The notes: a model not told the origin generated them from the sequence alone. Positions 40,138 to 50,110 are shown, counted from the stretch's first letter. The stretch: DNA of 64,000 bases from an uncultured Chloroflexia bacterium (GCA_963768655.1 CAVYIM010000004.1:544001-608000), one strand, 5' to 3'. A program made the numbers and translations.

Positions 40138-42209
40138 CGACCCAGACGACTCCGGCGCCCGTCACCGCCCTGGGCCGCAGCGACACTTTCCTGGCGGCCG
40201 CCGTCGTCGGCATCGTGGCGATGATGATCGTCCCGCTGCCGCCGACGCTGCTGGACATCCTGATCGTCCTCAACATCACCTTCTCACTGACCATCCTGTT
40301 GGTGAGCCTGAACATCCGAGAGCCGCTCGAGTTCAGCTCCTTCCCGCCGCTGCTCCTGATCGCCACGCTCTTCCGGCTGGGGCTCAACGTCTCGGCCGCG
40401 CGACTCATCCTCCTCAACGCTCACGCCGGCGAGGTCATCAACTCGTTCGGCAAGGTCGTCGTCGGAGGAAACACGGTCGTCGGGATCGTGGTCTTCCTGA
40501 TCCTGGTCGTGATCCAGTACGTGGTCATCACCAACGGCGCCGGCCGGGTCAGCGAAGTGGCGGCCCGGTTCACCCTCGACGCCATGCCGGGCAAGCAGAT
40601 GAGCATCGACGCCGACCTGAACGCCGGGCTGATCACGCCTGACGAAGCCCGCGCCCGCCGCCACGCCATCGAGCGTGAGTCGGACTTCTACGGGGCGATG
40701 GACGGCGCCTCGAAGTTCGTCAAGGGCGACGCGGTCGCCGCCCTGGTCATCATCGTCGTGAACATCGTCGGCGGCCTGACCGTCGGCGTGCTCCAGAAGG
40801 GCTTCGACATCGGCATGGCCCTCACGACCTACACGGTCCTGACGGTCGGTGACGGCCTGGTCAACGAGATCAGCGCCCTGCTCGTCTCGGTGGCCACCGG
40901 CGTGCTCGTCACCCGCAGCGGCTCCGAGGCCGGCCTCGGCAGCGACCTCGGAGCCCAGCTCCTCAGCCGCCCCAGGCTCTTCATGGTCGTCGGCGGCGTG
41001 CTGATCGTGATCGGCCTCGTGCCCGGCTTCCCGACCTTCGTCTTCTGCATCGGCGGTGCCGTCGTCGCGGGCGGGGGCTGGTTCCTCTCCCAGTCGGCGA
41101 CCGCGGCCGCGGTCGCGGCGGCGTCGGCCCCGGTGATCACGCCCGCGCTGCCTGCCCTCGGCAGCGGCCAGGAGAGCCCGCTCGACGCCCTGAAGGTCGA
41201 GACGATGGAGCTGGAGGTGGGTTACGGCCTGGTCGGCCTGGTCGAAGGCGGCGCCAGCGGCGGCCTGGTGGAGCGGATCGGTCTGATCCGCCGCCAGATC
41301 GCAGGCGAGCTGGGCCTGATCGTGCCCACCGTCCGCATCCGCGACGACCTGGTGCTCGACCAGAACTCATACGTCATCAAGCTCCGCGGCTCCGAGATCG
41401 CCCGCGGCTCCGTCGACCCAACGAAGATGCTGTGCATGGACCCCAACGGCGGCGAGATCGCCGTCAGCGGCATCCCAACCTCCGAGCCCGTCTTCGGCCT
41501 GCCGGCGTCGTGGATCAGCGTGGCCGAGCGCGAACGGGCCGAGAGCATGGGCTACACGGTCGTCGACGCCGCCTCGGTGATGGCCACTCATCTGGCCGAG
41601 ACTATCCGCCGCCACGCCTACGAGATTCTGGGCCGGCCCGAGACGAGCCAGCTCCTCGATGGGCTCAAGCACGATCAGCCGGGCCTGGTGGAGGAGATCA
41701 TCCCGACGGTGGTGTCGGTGGGCGACGTCGAGAAGGTCCTGCAGGGGCTTCTGCGCGAGCGCATCCCGATCCGCGACCTGGCCACGATCGTGGAGGCCGT
41801 CGCCGACGGCGCGCGCAGCACCAAGGAGCCTCTCTTCCTGACCGAGGCGGTTCGGCACGCCCTCACCCGGGCCATCTCGATGCGCTACCGAGCGCCGGAC
41901 GGGGCCATTCACGCCGTCGCCCTGGCGCCCGATCTGGATACCCGTCTAGGGGCCTCGGTCATGGTCCAGCCCGGCTACGTGGGGCTGGAGCTGTCCGGCG
42001 CCGACAGCCGCGCCCTCGTCGAGGCGATCGATCGGGCGCTGCGGCAGCTCGCGCTCCAGCGCTACCAGCCCATCCTGCTGTGCACGACTCGAATCCGGCT
42101 GGCGCTGCGGAACCTGACCGAGCGCCACGCCCCGCAGCTCGCCGTTCTCTCGTACGAGGAGATCCTGCCCAGCATTTCCGTTCAGGTTCACGCCCAGGTG
42201 GAGGTCTGA
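40134..42209 (+). CDS. flhA: Flagellar export protein FlhA
   Basis: RVSEVAARFTLDAMPGKQMSIDADL, FYGAMDGASKFVKGDA. Confidence 0.97.
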   Translation: MTTQTTPAPVTALGRSDTFLAAAVVGIVAMMIVPLPPTLLDILIVLNITFSLTILLVSLNIREPLEFSSFPPLLLIATLFRLGLNVSAARLILLNAHAGEVINSFGKVVVGGNTVVGIVVFLILVVIQYVVITNGAGRVSEVAARFTLDAMPGKQMSIDADLNAGLITPDEARARRHAIERESDFYGAMDGASKFVKGDAVAALVIIVVNIVGGLTVGVLQKGFDIGMALTTYTVLTVGDGLVNEISALLVSVATGVLVTRSGSEAGLGSDLGAQLLSRPRLFMVVGGVLIVIGLVPGFPTFVFCIGGAVVAGGGWFLSQSATAAAVAAASAPVITPALPALGSGQESPLDALKVETMELEVGYGLVGLVEGGASGGLVERIGLIRRQIAGELGLIVPTVRIRDDLVLDQNSYVIKLRGSEIARGSVDPTKMLCMDPNGGEIAVSGIPTSEPVFGLPASWISVAERERAESMGYTVVDAASVMATHLAETIRRHAYEILGRPETSQLLDGLKHDQPGLVEEIIPTVVSVGDVEKVLQGLLRERIPIRDLATIVEAVADGARSTKEPLFLTEAVRHALTRAISMRYRAPDGAIHAVALAPDLDTRLGASVMVQPGYVGLELSGADSRALVEAIDRALRQLALQRYQPILLCTTRIRLALRNLTERHAPQLAVLSYEEILPSISVQVHAQVEV

Positions 42210-42212
42210 TAG

Positions 42213-42524
42213 ATGGAACTGCTTGTCGCCACCTGGACCCTCCGGGTCGCCATCGTGGCCGCGCTCGCTGTGGGCGGTGCCTCGATCTCGGCTGGAACCC
42301 CCGTCGTCGACTCGGTCGACCGGGGTCTGGCGGCCGCCGTCCTGTTCACTTTCGTCGGTCGGTGGTTGGTGGGCTTTTTGGAGCCCCCCGAACGGAGACT
42401 GTTGCGAATGCGCAGGAAGCGCGAGGCTCGTAGGGCGAAGGCCAGCAAGGCCAAGAAGCCAGATGCCGCCGCTCGCGCCGCAGCCAAGAGCAAGTCGCAG
42501 TCCACCGTCAGTCGAAGTGCCTGA
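42213..42524 (+). CDS. Small two-TM protein with basic tail, within the flagellar operon
   Basis: ATG 3 nt after the flhA stop; two hydrophobic helices, then an Arg/Lys-rich tail. Confidence 0.7.
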   Translation: MELLVATWTLRVAIVAALAVGGASISAGTPVVDSVDRGLAAAVLFTFVGRWLVGFLEPPERRLLRMRRKREARRAKASKAKKPDAAARAAAKSKSQSTVSRSA

Positions 42525-42539
42525 GGCTGAGGAGAGATA

Positions 42540-43733
42540 GTGATGTTGAACCGACACCCGCTCCCGCCTCGATACTCCCCCGCCGGCGCGAAGGGCCCGC
42601 TCTTGCTGCGCCCGACGGCCAGGCTGCTGCCGGAGACGGCGCGCCTCGAGACGGTCGTGGATTCCACGACCTTGCGACCCGCCCTCGGGTCGATCGGCGC
42701 TGACAGCCAGCGCGGGCTCGAGAACTCGTGGGGTGCCCCGTTCGGCGGGTCGTCGGAAGGTTCCGGGGGCGATGCAGCCACCGACCGCGCCGACGCCGCC
42801 GCGGGCGCCGCCGCCGAGGCGGAAACGGATGCCGAGGCGGAAACGGATGCCGAGGCGGCCGTCGACGAGATCCTGGCCGAGAGTGAGACGGCCGTCGTGG
42901 AGACCCCGCCCGACGAGCCGCTGGCACCGGACGAGGAATCGCCGAATCTGAGCGGCTACGACGCGTACGGGCAGACGCCGGCGCCGGGCGCGGGGCTCAG
43001 CCGCGACGAGCTGGTCGCGCGCTACGCCCATCTGGTCAAGTACGTCGTGGGCCGGCTCGGCGTCTCGGTGCCAGGTCTGTTCGACCACGAGGATGCCATG
43101 CAGGCCGGCGTCCTCGGGCTGCTGCGCGCGATCGACGCCTACCGCCCCGATGCCGCAGCTTCCTTCGAGTCGTACGCGATCCTCAGAATCCGGGGCTCGA
43201 TTCTGGATGCCGTTCGCTCTCTCGACTCCGTTGGACGGGCCGGGCGAGAAGCGGCCCGCGCCATCCAGGGCGCGATCCGCGATCTTCAGCACGAGCTGGG
43301 CCGCTCGCCCACCGAGGCGGAAATCGCGGCGCGGCTCAACATGCCTCTCTCACGCTACCGCGAACGGCTCCAGGCGGCCACGGTCGTGACCGTCTCCCTC
43401 GACGAGCACGACGCCCGCGACAACGACGACGAGTCGGTCATCCTGGCCGACAACGCCCCCGACCCGAATGCCGTAGACCCTGCCGACGAAGCGGCTCGTC
43501 GCGACGCCATCGCGTCGCTGGTCCACGAGATCGGCCGGCTGCCCCAGCGCCCGCGGATGGTGCTCGCCCTCTACTACCAGGACGAGATGACGTTCAAGGA
43601 GATCGGGCAGGTACTCGGAGTTACCGAATCGCGCGTCTGCCAGATCCACACCGAAGCCATCCTGGCGCTCCGCACCCGGCTCGTCGACTCCGACGTAGCG
43701 GCCCGGCTGGGGCGGCGGAGAGCACGACCATGA
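42540..43733 (+). CDS. fliA: Flagellar sigma factor FliA/WhiG with ~150-aa N-terminal extension
   Basis: LVKYVVGRL, QAGVLGLLRAIDAY, RIRGSILDAVR, KEIGQVLGVTESRVCQIH; GAGGAG RBS before GTG 42540. Confidence 0.92.
   Translation: MMLNRHPLPPRYSPAGAKGPLLLRPTARLLPETARLETVVDSTTLRPALGSIGADSQRGLENSWGAPFGGSSEGSGGDAATDRADAAAGAAAEAETDAEAETDAEAAVDEILAESETAVVETPPDEPLAPDEESPNLSGYDAYGQTPAPGAGLSRDELVARYAHLVKYVVGRLGVSVPGLFDHEDAMQAGVLGLLRAIDAYRPDAAASFESYAILRIRGSILDAVRSLDSVGRAGREAARAIQGAIRDLQHELGRSPTEAEIAARLNMPLSRYRERLQAATVVTVSLDEHDARDNDDESVILADNAPDPNAVDPADEAARRDAIASLVHEIGRLPQRPRMVLALYYQDEMTFKEIGQVLGVTESRVCQIHTEAILALRTRLVDSDVAARLGRRRARP
42813..42858 (+). repeat. 18-bp coding tandem repeat (AEAETD x2.5) in the fliA extension
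   Basis: GCCGAGGCGGAAACGGAT x2 plus GCCGAGGCGG. Confidence 0.8.
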
Positions 43734-44440
43734 TCAGAGGCTTTTACACGGCCCTGTCCGGGGTCATCGCCGCGACGACCCGCGAGGACGTCGTGGCCGA
43801 CAACATCGCCAACAGCAACACCGTCGGCTTCAAGCAGTCTCAGACGACCCAGACCGACTACGAGATGAGCATCATGAACTCGCTCGGTCCGGAGCTGGGT
43901 CTGCTGGGCACCGGCACGATCCCGACCGGCCTGAAGCTGGACATCAGCCAGGGCCCGATCCAAGAGACCGACAAGGAGACGGACCTGGCCATCGATGGCG
44001 ACGGGCTCTTCGTCGTCCGGACTGGCAACGGCATCGCCTACACGCGCGCCGGCGACTTCCTGACCGACGCCACCGGCACGCTCGTCACCGAGCAGGGCTA
44101 CCCGGTGCTCGACACGGCCGGTCACACGATCCAGCCCGGCGAGCCATTCACCGTGTCAAAGGACGGCACCATCGTCCAGACCGGCCAGCGGATCGCGCTG
44201 GTGGCCTGGCCGGCCGGCGGAGCCACGCGGCTGGGGCAGAATCTGTACACCGCGGCCGGCAATCTCCCGCCCGCCTCCGGGCAGATCATGCAGGGCATGC
44301 TGGAGGGCAGCAACACCGACATGGCGCTGGCGATGACTCAGCTGATCGAGCAGGAGCGCGACTTCCAGCTGAGTGCCCAGGCGCTCTCGCTCCAGGACAA
44401 CACCCTGAACGACGGCACGCAGCTGGGTAGACTGCGCTGA
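43730..44440 (+). CDS. flgF: Flagellar rod protein, FlgF/FlgG family
   Basis: MIRGFYTALSG, DNIANSNTVGFK, DLAIDGDGLF, YTRAGDF, QGMLEGSN. Confidence 0.85.
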   Translation: MIRGFYTALSGVIAATTREDVVADNIANSNTVGFKQSQTTQTDYEMSIMNSLGPELGLLGTGTIPTGLKLDISQGPIQETDKETDLAIDGDGLFVVRTGNGIAYTRAGDFLTDATGTLVTEQGYPVLDTAGHTIQPGEPFTVSKDGTIVQTGQRIALVAWPAGGATRLGQNLYTAAGNLPPASGQIMQGMLEGSNTDMALAMTQLIEQERDFQLSAQALSLQDNTLNDGTQLGRLR

Positions 44441-44525
44441 GCCTGGTCTGGGCCGGAACCCTGTCCGCCCACGGGTTGCCGTCCCGGCGCGTGTGGCACC
44501 GGAACCGATGGAGGAGCGAGCCAAG

Positions 44526-45602
44526 ATGACGACCGTATCCAGAGCGCCGTTCGGAAGCTTCGACGGCAAGGCCGTCGATCTGTACACCCTCTGCGGCGAG
44601 GACGGCGCCACGGTGAAGATCGCTACCTACGGCGGCATCATCACATCCTGGACCGCGCCGGATCGGGCCCGCAGGCTTGCCGACGTCGTCCTCGGCCTCG
44701 ACAACCTGGGCGGCTACACCACTGATCGGTACCTGCACGCCGGTCCGCATCTGGGCGCGATCATCGGCCGCTACGCCAACCGCATCGGCGGGGCCAGGTT
44801 CAGTCTCGATGGCATCGAACACGAACTGGCGGCGAACAACGGACCCAATAACCTGCATGGCGGGCCGAGGGGCTTCGACATGAGGGTCTGGGACGCCCAA
44901 GCCGCCGTCGCCGGCAGCGACGCGGTCCTCGAACTGACCTATGTCAGCGCCGACGGCGAGGAAGGCTTCCCTGGAACGCTCACCACCAGGGTCGTCTACA
45001 CCCTGTCACCGGACGACGCCTTGCGGCTCGACTACTCGGCTACTACGGACAGGACCACCATCGTCAATCTCACCAACCATGCCTACTTCAACCTGGCGGG
45101 CGAGGGCAGCGGCGACATTCTGGCCACCGAGGTCCAGATCAACGCCGGCAGGTTCACGCCGGTCGACGCGAACATGATTCCCACTGGCGAGCTGCGCGAC
45201 GTGACGGGCACACCTTTCGATTTCCGCCGGCCGACGGCGATCGGCGCCCGCCTGAACCAGGCCGATCAGCAGCTCGAGCTCGGTGCCGGATACGACCACA
45301 ACTGGATCCTGGACCGCGGCTCGGACGAGGGCCTCTTTCTGGCCGCGACTGCCTACGAGCCGGGGAGCGGGCGACTGCTCGAAGTCCGCACGACCGAGCC
45401 CGGAATCCAGCTCTACACCGGCAACTATTTGGACGGGACCTGCACAGGCAAGGCGGGCAAGGCCTACACGCGCCGTACCGGTTTCTGCCTGGAAACGCAG
45501 CACTATCCGGACTCCCCCAACAAGCCGGGATTCCCGAGCGTGGCTCTCGAGCCGGGCGAAACCTACTCGAGCGCCACGGTCTTCCGGCTCTCGGCGAAGT
45601 AG
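44526..45602 (+). CDS. galM: Aldose 1-epimerase (galactose mutarotase)
   Basis: GRYANRI, LHGG, NLTNHAYFNL, YDHNW, FCLETQHYPD. Confidence 0.95.
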   Translation: MTTVSRAPFGSFDGKAVDLYTLCGEDGATVKIATYGGIITSWTAPDRARRLADVVLGLDNLGGYTTDRYLHAGPHLGAIIGRYANRIGGARFSLDGIEHELAANNGPNNLHGGPRGFDMRVWDAQAAVAGSDAVLELTYVSADGEEGFPGTLTTRVVYTLSPDDALRLDYSATTDRTTIVNLTNHAYFNLAGEGSGDILATEVQINAGRFTPVDANMIPTGELRDVTGTPFDFRRPTAIGARLNQADQQLELGAGYDHNWILDRGSDEGLFLAATAYEPGSGRLLEVRTTEPGIQLYTGNYLDGTCTGKAGKAYTRRTGFCLETQHYPDSPNKPGFPSVALEPGETYSSATVFRLSAK

Positions 45603-45776
45603 GCGGACGAGATGGCGTTGGTCGACCCTCGCCCGGCGGGTCCTACCCGATCTACGGTAATCGGAGTGCCCCCAAGTGGGTCCTTACCCGGTGAGGCTCG
45701 ACATGGCATCCTGGCCCTACCGTCGCTCAGGCGCAACGCATACGTCGAAATGATGAAGAACCACCCCTCCCGCGGG

Positions 45777-45803
45777 TCAAGGCTTCTCGGTACCGGCCGA
45801 TCC
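45777..45803 (+). promoter_or_regulatory. Sigma-28 promoter of the flgM operon
   Basis: TCAAG-N14-GCCGATCC. Confidence 0.7.
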
Positions 45804-45831
45804 CTATGGTGACGCCCAAGAGAGGACAAGA

Positions 45832-46140
45832 ATGAAGATCGAAGACCCGCGGTCCGTAACCTCGTCGCCGCTCCTCAATCAGACGCCGGCAGCCAACGCG
45901 ACGCCGGTCCGCCCGGAGCAGGCGCGACCCCAAAACGGGGTAGCCCCCGTCGGCCAGCCGGCAGCCCGCGTCGAGCTCTCGTCGCGGAGCCGGGAGATGC
46001 ATCAGGCCCTCGAAGCCGCCAATGCCGCTCCCGACGTTCGTGCCGACAAGGTGGCCGACGCCAAGCAACGGATCGCCCAGGGCACGTACACGGTCAACGC
46101 CGAGGTCGTGGCTCGAGGGATCCTCGACAAGCGGGCCTAA
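45832..46140 (+). CDS. flgM: Anti-sigma-28 factor FlgM
   Basis: VELSSRS, PDVRADKVADAKQRIAQGTYTVN. Confidence 0.92.
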   Translation: MKIEDPRSVTSSPLLNQTPAANATPVRPEQARPQNGVAPVGQPAARVELSSRSREMHQALEAANAAPDVRADKVADAKQRIAQGTYTVNAEVVARGILDKRA

Positions 46141-46587
46141 GTGTTTGCGCCCGGCGGTCACGATCTCTCGGGATACACCACCGGCTATCGGATCGGGCTG
46201 GGATCGCCCGAGCTGAGCGCGCTGACCTCCGCTCTGACTGCTCTGGCAGGCATTTCGGATGAGGTCACGCTCGCCGTCCAGCGCCACGACCGTCTCGCTC
46301 TCACGAGTCGCAACGAACAGGCCGAGGCCCTGGTCGAGGAAGTGAACCGCCTCGTCGCCAATCTCACGGACGATGACAGGGCGATGCTCGGCGACGTCGG
46401 CGTCCCCGCCCTGTGCGAGCGGCTGGCCGCCAGCGCGCGGCGGAATGCATACCTGATCGAGCAGGCCTGGGCCGTGGATGCGGCCCTCATCCGGCTGCTC
46501 ATGGGCCTCGGCAGGATCGGCCCCGATGGCACGGTAGGGAGCTACTCGGCCAATCCGGGCCCCGCCTACGTGGATCGGGAGGCCTAG
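46141..46587 (+). CDS. flgN: FlgN-like export chaperone
   Basis: Helical protein between flgM and flgK; RRNAYLIEQ and C-terminal Y...YVDREA resemble FlgN. Confidence 0.6.
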   Translation: MFAPGGHDLSGYTTGYRIGLGSPELSALTSALTALAGISDEVTLAVQRHDRLALTSRNEQAEALVEEVNRLVANLTDDDRAMLGDVGVPALCERLAASARRNAYLIEQAWAVDAALIRLLMGLGRIGPDGTVGSYSANPGPAYVDREA

Positions 46588-46588
46588 C

Positions 46589-48328
46589 ATGAGCTCCCCC
46601 TTCTTCGGGCTCGAGATCGGGTCCTCGGCTCTGCGCGCAGCCCAGCAGCAGCTCGACACGGCGGCCCACAACGTCGCCAACGCGAGCACGCCCGGCTACT
46701 CCCGCCAGGTGGTGTCGCTGGTCGAGGCGCCGCCGTACACGTTCCCGGCTTTCAACCGCAGCGGTGCGCCGGGCCAGATCGGTTCGGGCGTCACGGTCGC
46801 CGCCATCACCCGTGTGCGGGACACCTTCCTCGACCAGCAGGTCCAGGCCCAGACCACGCTTCAGGGCCAGTGGGATACCCGCGATCAGGAGCTGTCGAAG
46901 GTCGAGGCCGTCTTCCCGGAGCCGTCCTCCTCAGGTCTCGGCAACACCATCAGCCAGTACTACGCGGCCTGGCAGGACGTCGCCTCGGAGCCGACCTCGA
47001 CCGCGGCCCGGACCGCCCTGACGGAACAGGCCTCGAACCTGGCGATGCAGATGAACAGCACCTCGACTCAGCTCGGCATGATCGCCAGCGGCATCGATAC
47101 CGAGGTGAGCCAGCAGGTCACCTCGATCAACGACCTGGCGACCCAGATCGCCGGCCTGAACGGCCAGATCCAGCGCGTAACTGTCAGCGGTGCGAATCCC
47201 AACGACCTGCTGGATCAGCGCGAGCAGCTGCTAGAGCAGTTGTCCGCCATCGTTCCGACCTCCGTCACCGTCCAGAAAGACGGGTCGGCAACCGTCGAGG
47301 TCGGCGGCACGGACCTGGTCTCAGGCGTCAACGCACGTCAGATGGTCGCCCAGACGAACAGCTCGGGCCACGTCATGCCGACCTGGTCCGACGGCAGCGC
47401 GGTGACGCTGTCATCAGGGCAGATGAAGGCCCTGCTGGACGTCCGCGACGTGGATGTCGCCGGCTATCAATCGCAGCTCGACTCGCTGGCCCAGGGCATA
47501 GCCGACTCGACCAACGCGCTCCACGAGCGCGGCGTCGATGCCAACGGGAATGCCGGCCAGGCGCTCTTCACCTACTACCCGGGCAACGCGGCCGCGACGC
47601 TGGCGGTCAATCCGGCCGTGGCTGCCAACCCGCAGCTGATCGCGGCGTCCGCCTCTCCGGACACTCCCGGCGACGGCTCCGTGGCCGGACTGATCGCAGA
47701 CCTGCAGAACGCCAAGAGCTATTCGGCCGGCGTCGCCGGGACGAACGTCGTCGGTGGCATGGACCTGACCACCAACACGACCGCGCGGTTGATGACCGTC
47801 GCGACGGATACCGCCGTGGCCCAGACCTACACGTTCAGCGGTACCGGCAACAGCCTGACCCTGACCGGCGCGGACGGCAGCCACCAGACGATCACAGTCG
47901 CGGACATGGCGGAGGGCGATACGCAGGTCCTCAACTTCGACCAGCTCGGCATCAAGCTCACCGTCAGCAGCGAGACGGCCGCCAAGGCCGGTGCGGACCT
48001 GGTGACGGACTTCACGACGCCCGGTCAGAACACCGTCGTGGCCGCCTCCCTGTACACACCCTCGCAGACGACCACGGACTTCTATTCCGGGATCGTCGCC
48101 AAGATCGGTTCGGCGTCCAGCCAGGCGACCGAGATGTCGCAGAACCAGCAGCTCGTGGTCAGCCAGCTGAACAACCAGGTCCAACAGGTGAGCGGCGTCT
48201 CGCTCGATGAGGAGGCGACCGACATGCTCAAGTTCCAGCGGGCGTACCAGGCCGCGGCGCGGGTCATCACGACCATGGACCAGATGCTGGACACGCTCAT
48301 CAACGCCACCGGCGTTGTGACGGCATAA
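46589..48328 (+). CDS. flgK: Hook-associated protein FlgK
   Basis: HNVANASTPGYSRQ, NDLLDQRE, SGVSLDEEATDMLKFQRAYQAAAR. Confidence 0.96.
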   Translation: MSSPFFGLEIGSSALRAAQQQLDTAAHNVANASTPGYSRQVVSLVEAPPYTFPAFNRSGAPGQIGSGVTVAAITRVRDTFLDQQVQAQTTLQGQWDTRDQELSKVEAVFPEPSSSGLGNTISQYYAAWQDVASEPTSTAARTALTEQASNLAMQMNSTSTQLGMIASGIDTEVSQQVTSINDLATQIAGLNGQIQRVTVSGANPNDLLDQREQLLEQLSAIVPTSVTVQKDGSATVEVGGTDLVSGVNARQMVAQTNSSGHVMPTWSDGSAVTLSSGQMKALLDVRDVDVAGYQSQLDSLAQGIADSTNALHERGVDANGNAGQALFTYYPGNAAATLAVNPAVAANPQLIAASASPDTPGDGSVAGLIADLQNAKSYSAGVAGTNVVGGMDLTTNTTARLMTVATDTAVAQTYTFSGTGNSLTLTGADGSHQTITVADMAEGDTQVLNFDQLGIKLTVSSETAAKAGADLVTDFTTPGQNTVVAASLYTPSQTTTDFYSGIVAKIGSASSQATEMSQNQQLVVSQLNNQVQQVSGVSLDEEATDMLKFQRAYQAAARVITTMDQMLDTLINATGVVTA

Positions 48329-48341
48329 GGGAGGCCGAGCG

Positions 48342-49221
48342 ATGCGCGTGTCCAAATCGATGATCTACGACAATGCCAATACCAGCCTTGGCAACCAGAT
48401 GGCCGCCCTCCAATCACTCACGGAGAAGATCAGCTCGGGCAAGCAGCTGAACCGGCCTTCCGACAACCCGGCCGATGTCCAGTCTGCCGTTGGGCTGAAC
48501 GACACCCTGGCCCAGCTCAACCAGTTCGGCCGGAACATCGACAACGCCACGAGCACCCTCTCTGCCATGGACACAGCCCTGTCCAGCGCCGGCGATCTGA
48601 TCCAACGCGCCAACGAGCTCGCCATCCAGGGCGCGAACGGAACGCTCAGCACCGGGGATCGCCAATCCATGGCTGCAGAGGTCTCCCAGTTGACCGAGGC
48701 GATGGCCCAGGACGCGAACGCCAAGGTCGGCGACGACTACATCTTCGGCGGCTTTCGCGTCGATCGCGCCCCGTTCGAAGTCACCGGACCGGGCCAGGTC
48801 AGTTCGTACCAGGGCGATCACGGAGTCTCGATCGCACGCATCGGGCCCGCGGCGACGACGCAGGTGAGCATGGCCGGCGACACTGTCTTCGGGCCGGCGA
48901 TAGCGGCCCTGACACAGCTCCAGGCCGATCTGAACAGCGGCCAGCCGGTTCAGTCGTCGACCATCACCCAGATCTCGGGCGCCCTCCAGACGCTGTCGGA
49001 AGCACAGGCGACCGTTGGCGCACGGGAGAACCGGCTCACTGATGCCAAAACTTCGCTCCAGGACCTCACGACGAGCAACCAGGCCATGTTGAGCCAGCTC
49101 GAGGACGCCAACATGCCCTCGGCCATCACGGAACTGACCCAGGCCCAAACCACATACCAGGCGTCCCTGGCCGTCACGGCCAAGGTGATGCAGATGAGTC
49201 TGATCGACTACCTTAAAGTGA
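48342..49221 (+). CDS. flgL: Hook-associated protein FlgL (as assembled, reads through into fliW to 49667)
   Basis: ISSGKQLNRPSDNP, YIFGG, VGARENRL, C-terminal SLIDYLK; TGA at 49219 is one base out of frame. Confidence 0.9.
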
Positions 49222-49286
49222 GCCGCGGTGGTGGGTTGCCTCGGGCGGTTCACCACCGTGTCGTTATTGCCAGCGAGGACCAGCCC

Positions 49287-49667
49287 GTGAGCCAAGCACT
49301 ACTAGCAGCCGAGATCGTCTTCCCTGACGGCCTCGTCGGTTTGCCCGCCCTCGTTCGGCACCGCATCAGCGCGGTCCCCGAGACGGCGCTGTACGAGATC
49401 GTCTCGGACGACGACCCCGCGATCGGCTTCATCGCCGCGACGGCCGACAACGTCAAGCCCGGAACGACGGGTCGCCTGCGCGACCGGGGCCTCATCGGCG
49501 AGGACGAATGGGTTCTGGCTATCCTCGCCGTGCACGGCGAGCCGCCGGCGATCACCGCCAACCTGGCCGGTCCTGTTGTGATCGACATGGAGAAGGGGAC
49601 TGCTCGACAGCTCGTCATCGAGGATCCCGAGTTTCCGCTGCAGGCTCCGGTCTCGAAGGAGAGCTGA
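49287..49667 (+). CDS. fliW: Flagellar assembly factor FliW (CsrA antagonist)
   Basis: IVFPDGLVGL, TANLAGPVVID, RQLVI; own GAGGA RBS and GTG; adjacent to csrA. Confidence 0.85.
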   Translation: MSQALLAAEIVFPDGLVGLPALVRHRISAVPETALYEIVSDDDPAIGFIAATADNVKPGTTGRLRDRGLIGEDEWVLAILAVHGEPPAITANLAGPVVIDMEKGTARQLVIEDPEFPLQAPVSKES

Positions 49668-49966
49668 TGCTCGTCCTCACGCGCCGTCCGGGCCAGTCGA
49701 TCCGGATCGGGCCCAACGTGGAGGTGCGCGTCGTCAGGATCGAGGGCGACCGCGTAGTCCTGGGGATCGCGGCGCCGCGCCATGTGGCCGTCGTCCGCGC
49801 CGAGCTGGTCGAGCAGGTATCCGGCGAAGTGCGCGAGGCATCGGATGCCAGGGCCAGGCTGCGCGTCATGCTGGCGCCGCTGGCTGCGGTGGCTGATCCG
49901 GAGCGCAGGCCCGCGGCAGAGCGCACCACCGACGATCCGGAGGACGACGACCCCGGCATCGCCTGA
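49667..49966 (+). CDS. csrA: Carbon storage regulator CsrA
   Basis: MLVLTRRPGQSIRIG...VVLGIAAPRHVAVVRAEL. Confidence 0.95.
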   Translation: MLVLTRRPGQSIRIGPNVEVRVVRIEGDRVVLGIAAPRHVAVVRAELVEQVSGEVREASDARARLRVMLAPLAAVADPERRPAAERTTDDPEDDDPGIA

Positions 49967-50110
49967 AGCCCGAATCTGCCGGCGCCGGGCCGGTACCATC
50001 GCGCCTCCACGATCGGATCCCCCCAATGCCGACTATCCGCCGCGTAGCCGGCGCCGGACCATCTCGATCGTGGGAATCCGGCTGTTCGCGCGTCCGTCGC
50101 AGTGTGCGTC

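Noticed and set aside
38662-42209. Non-flagellar (injectisome) T3SS
   Set aside because: Embedded among mot, fli and flg genes with flagellin; no secretin, needle or translocon genes
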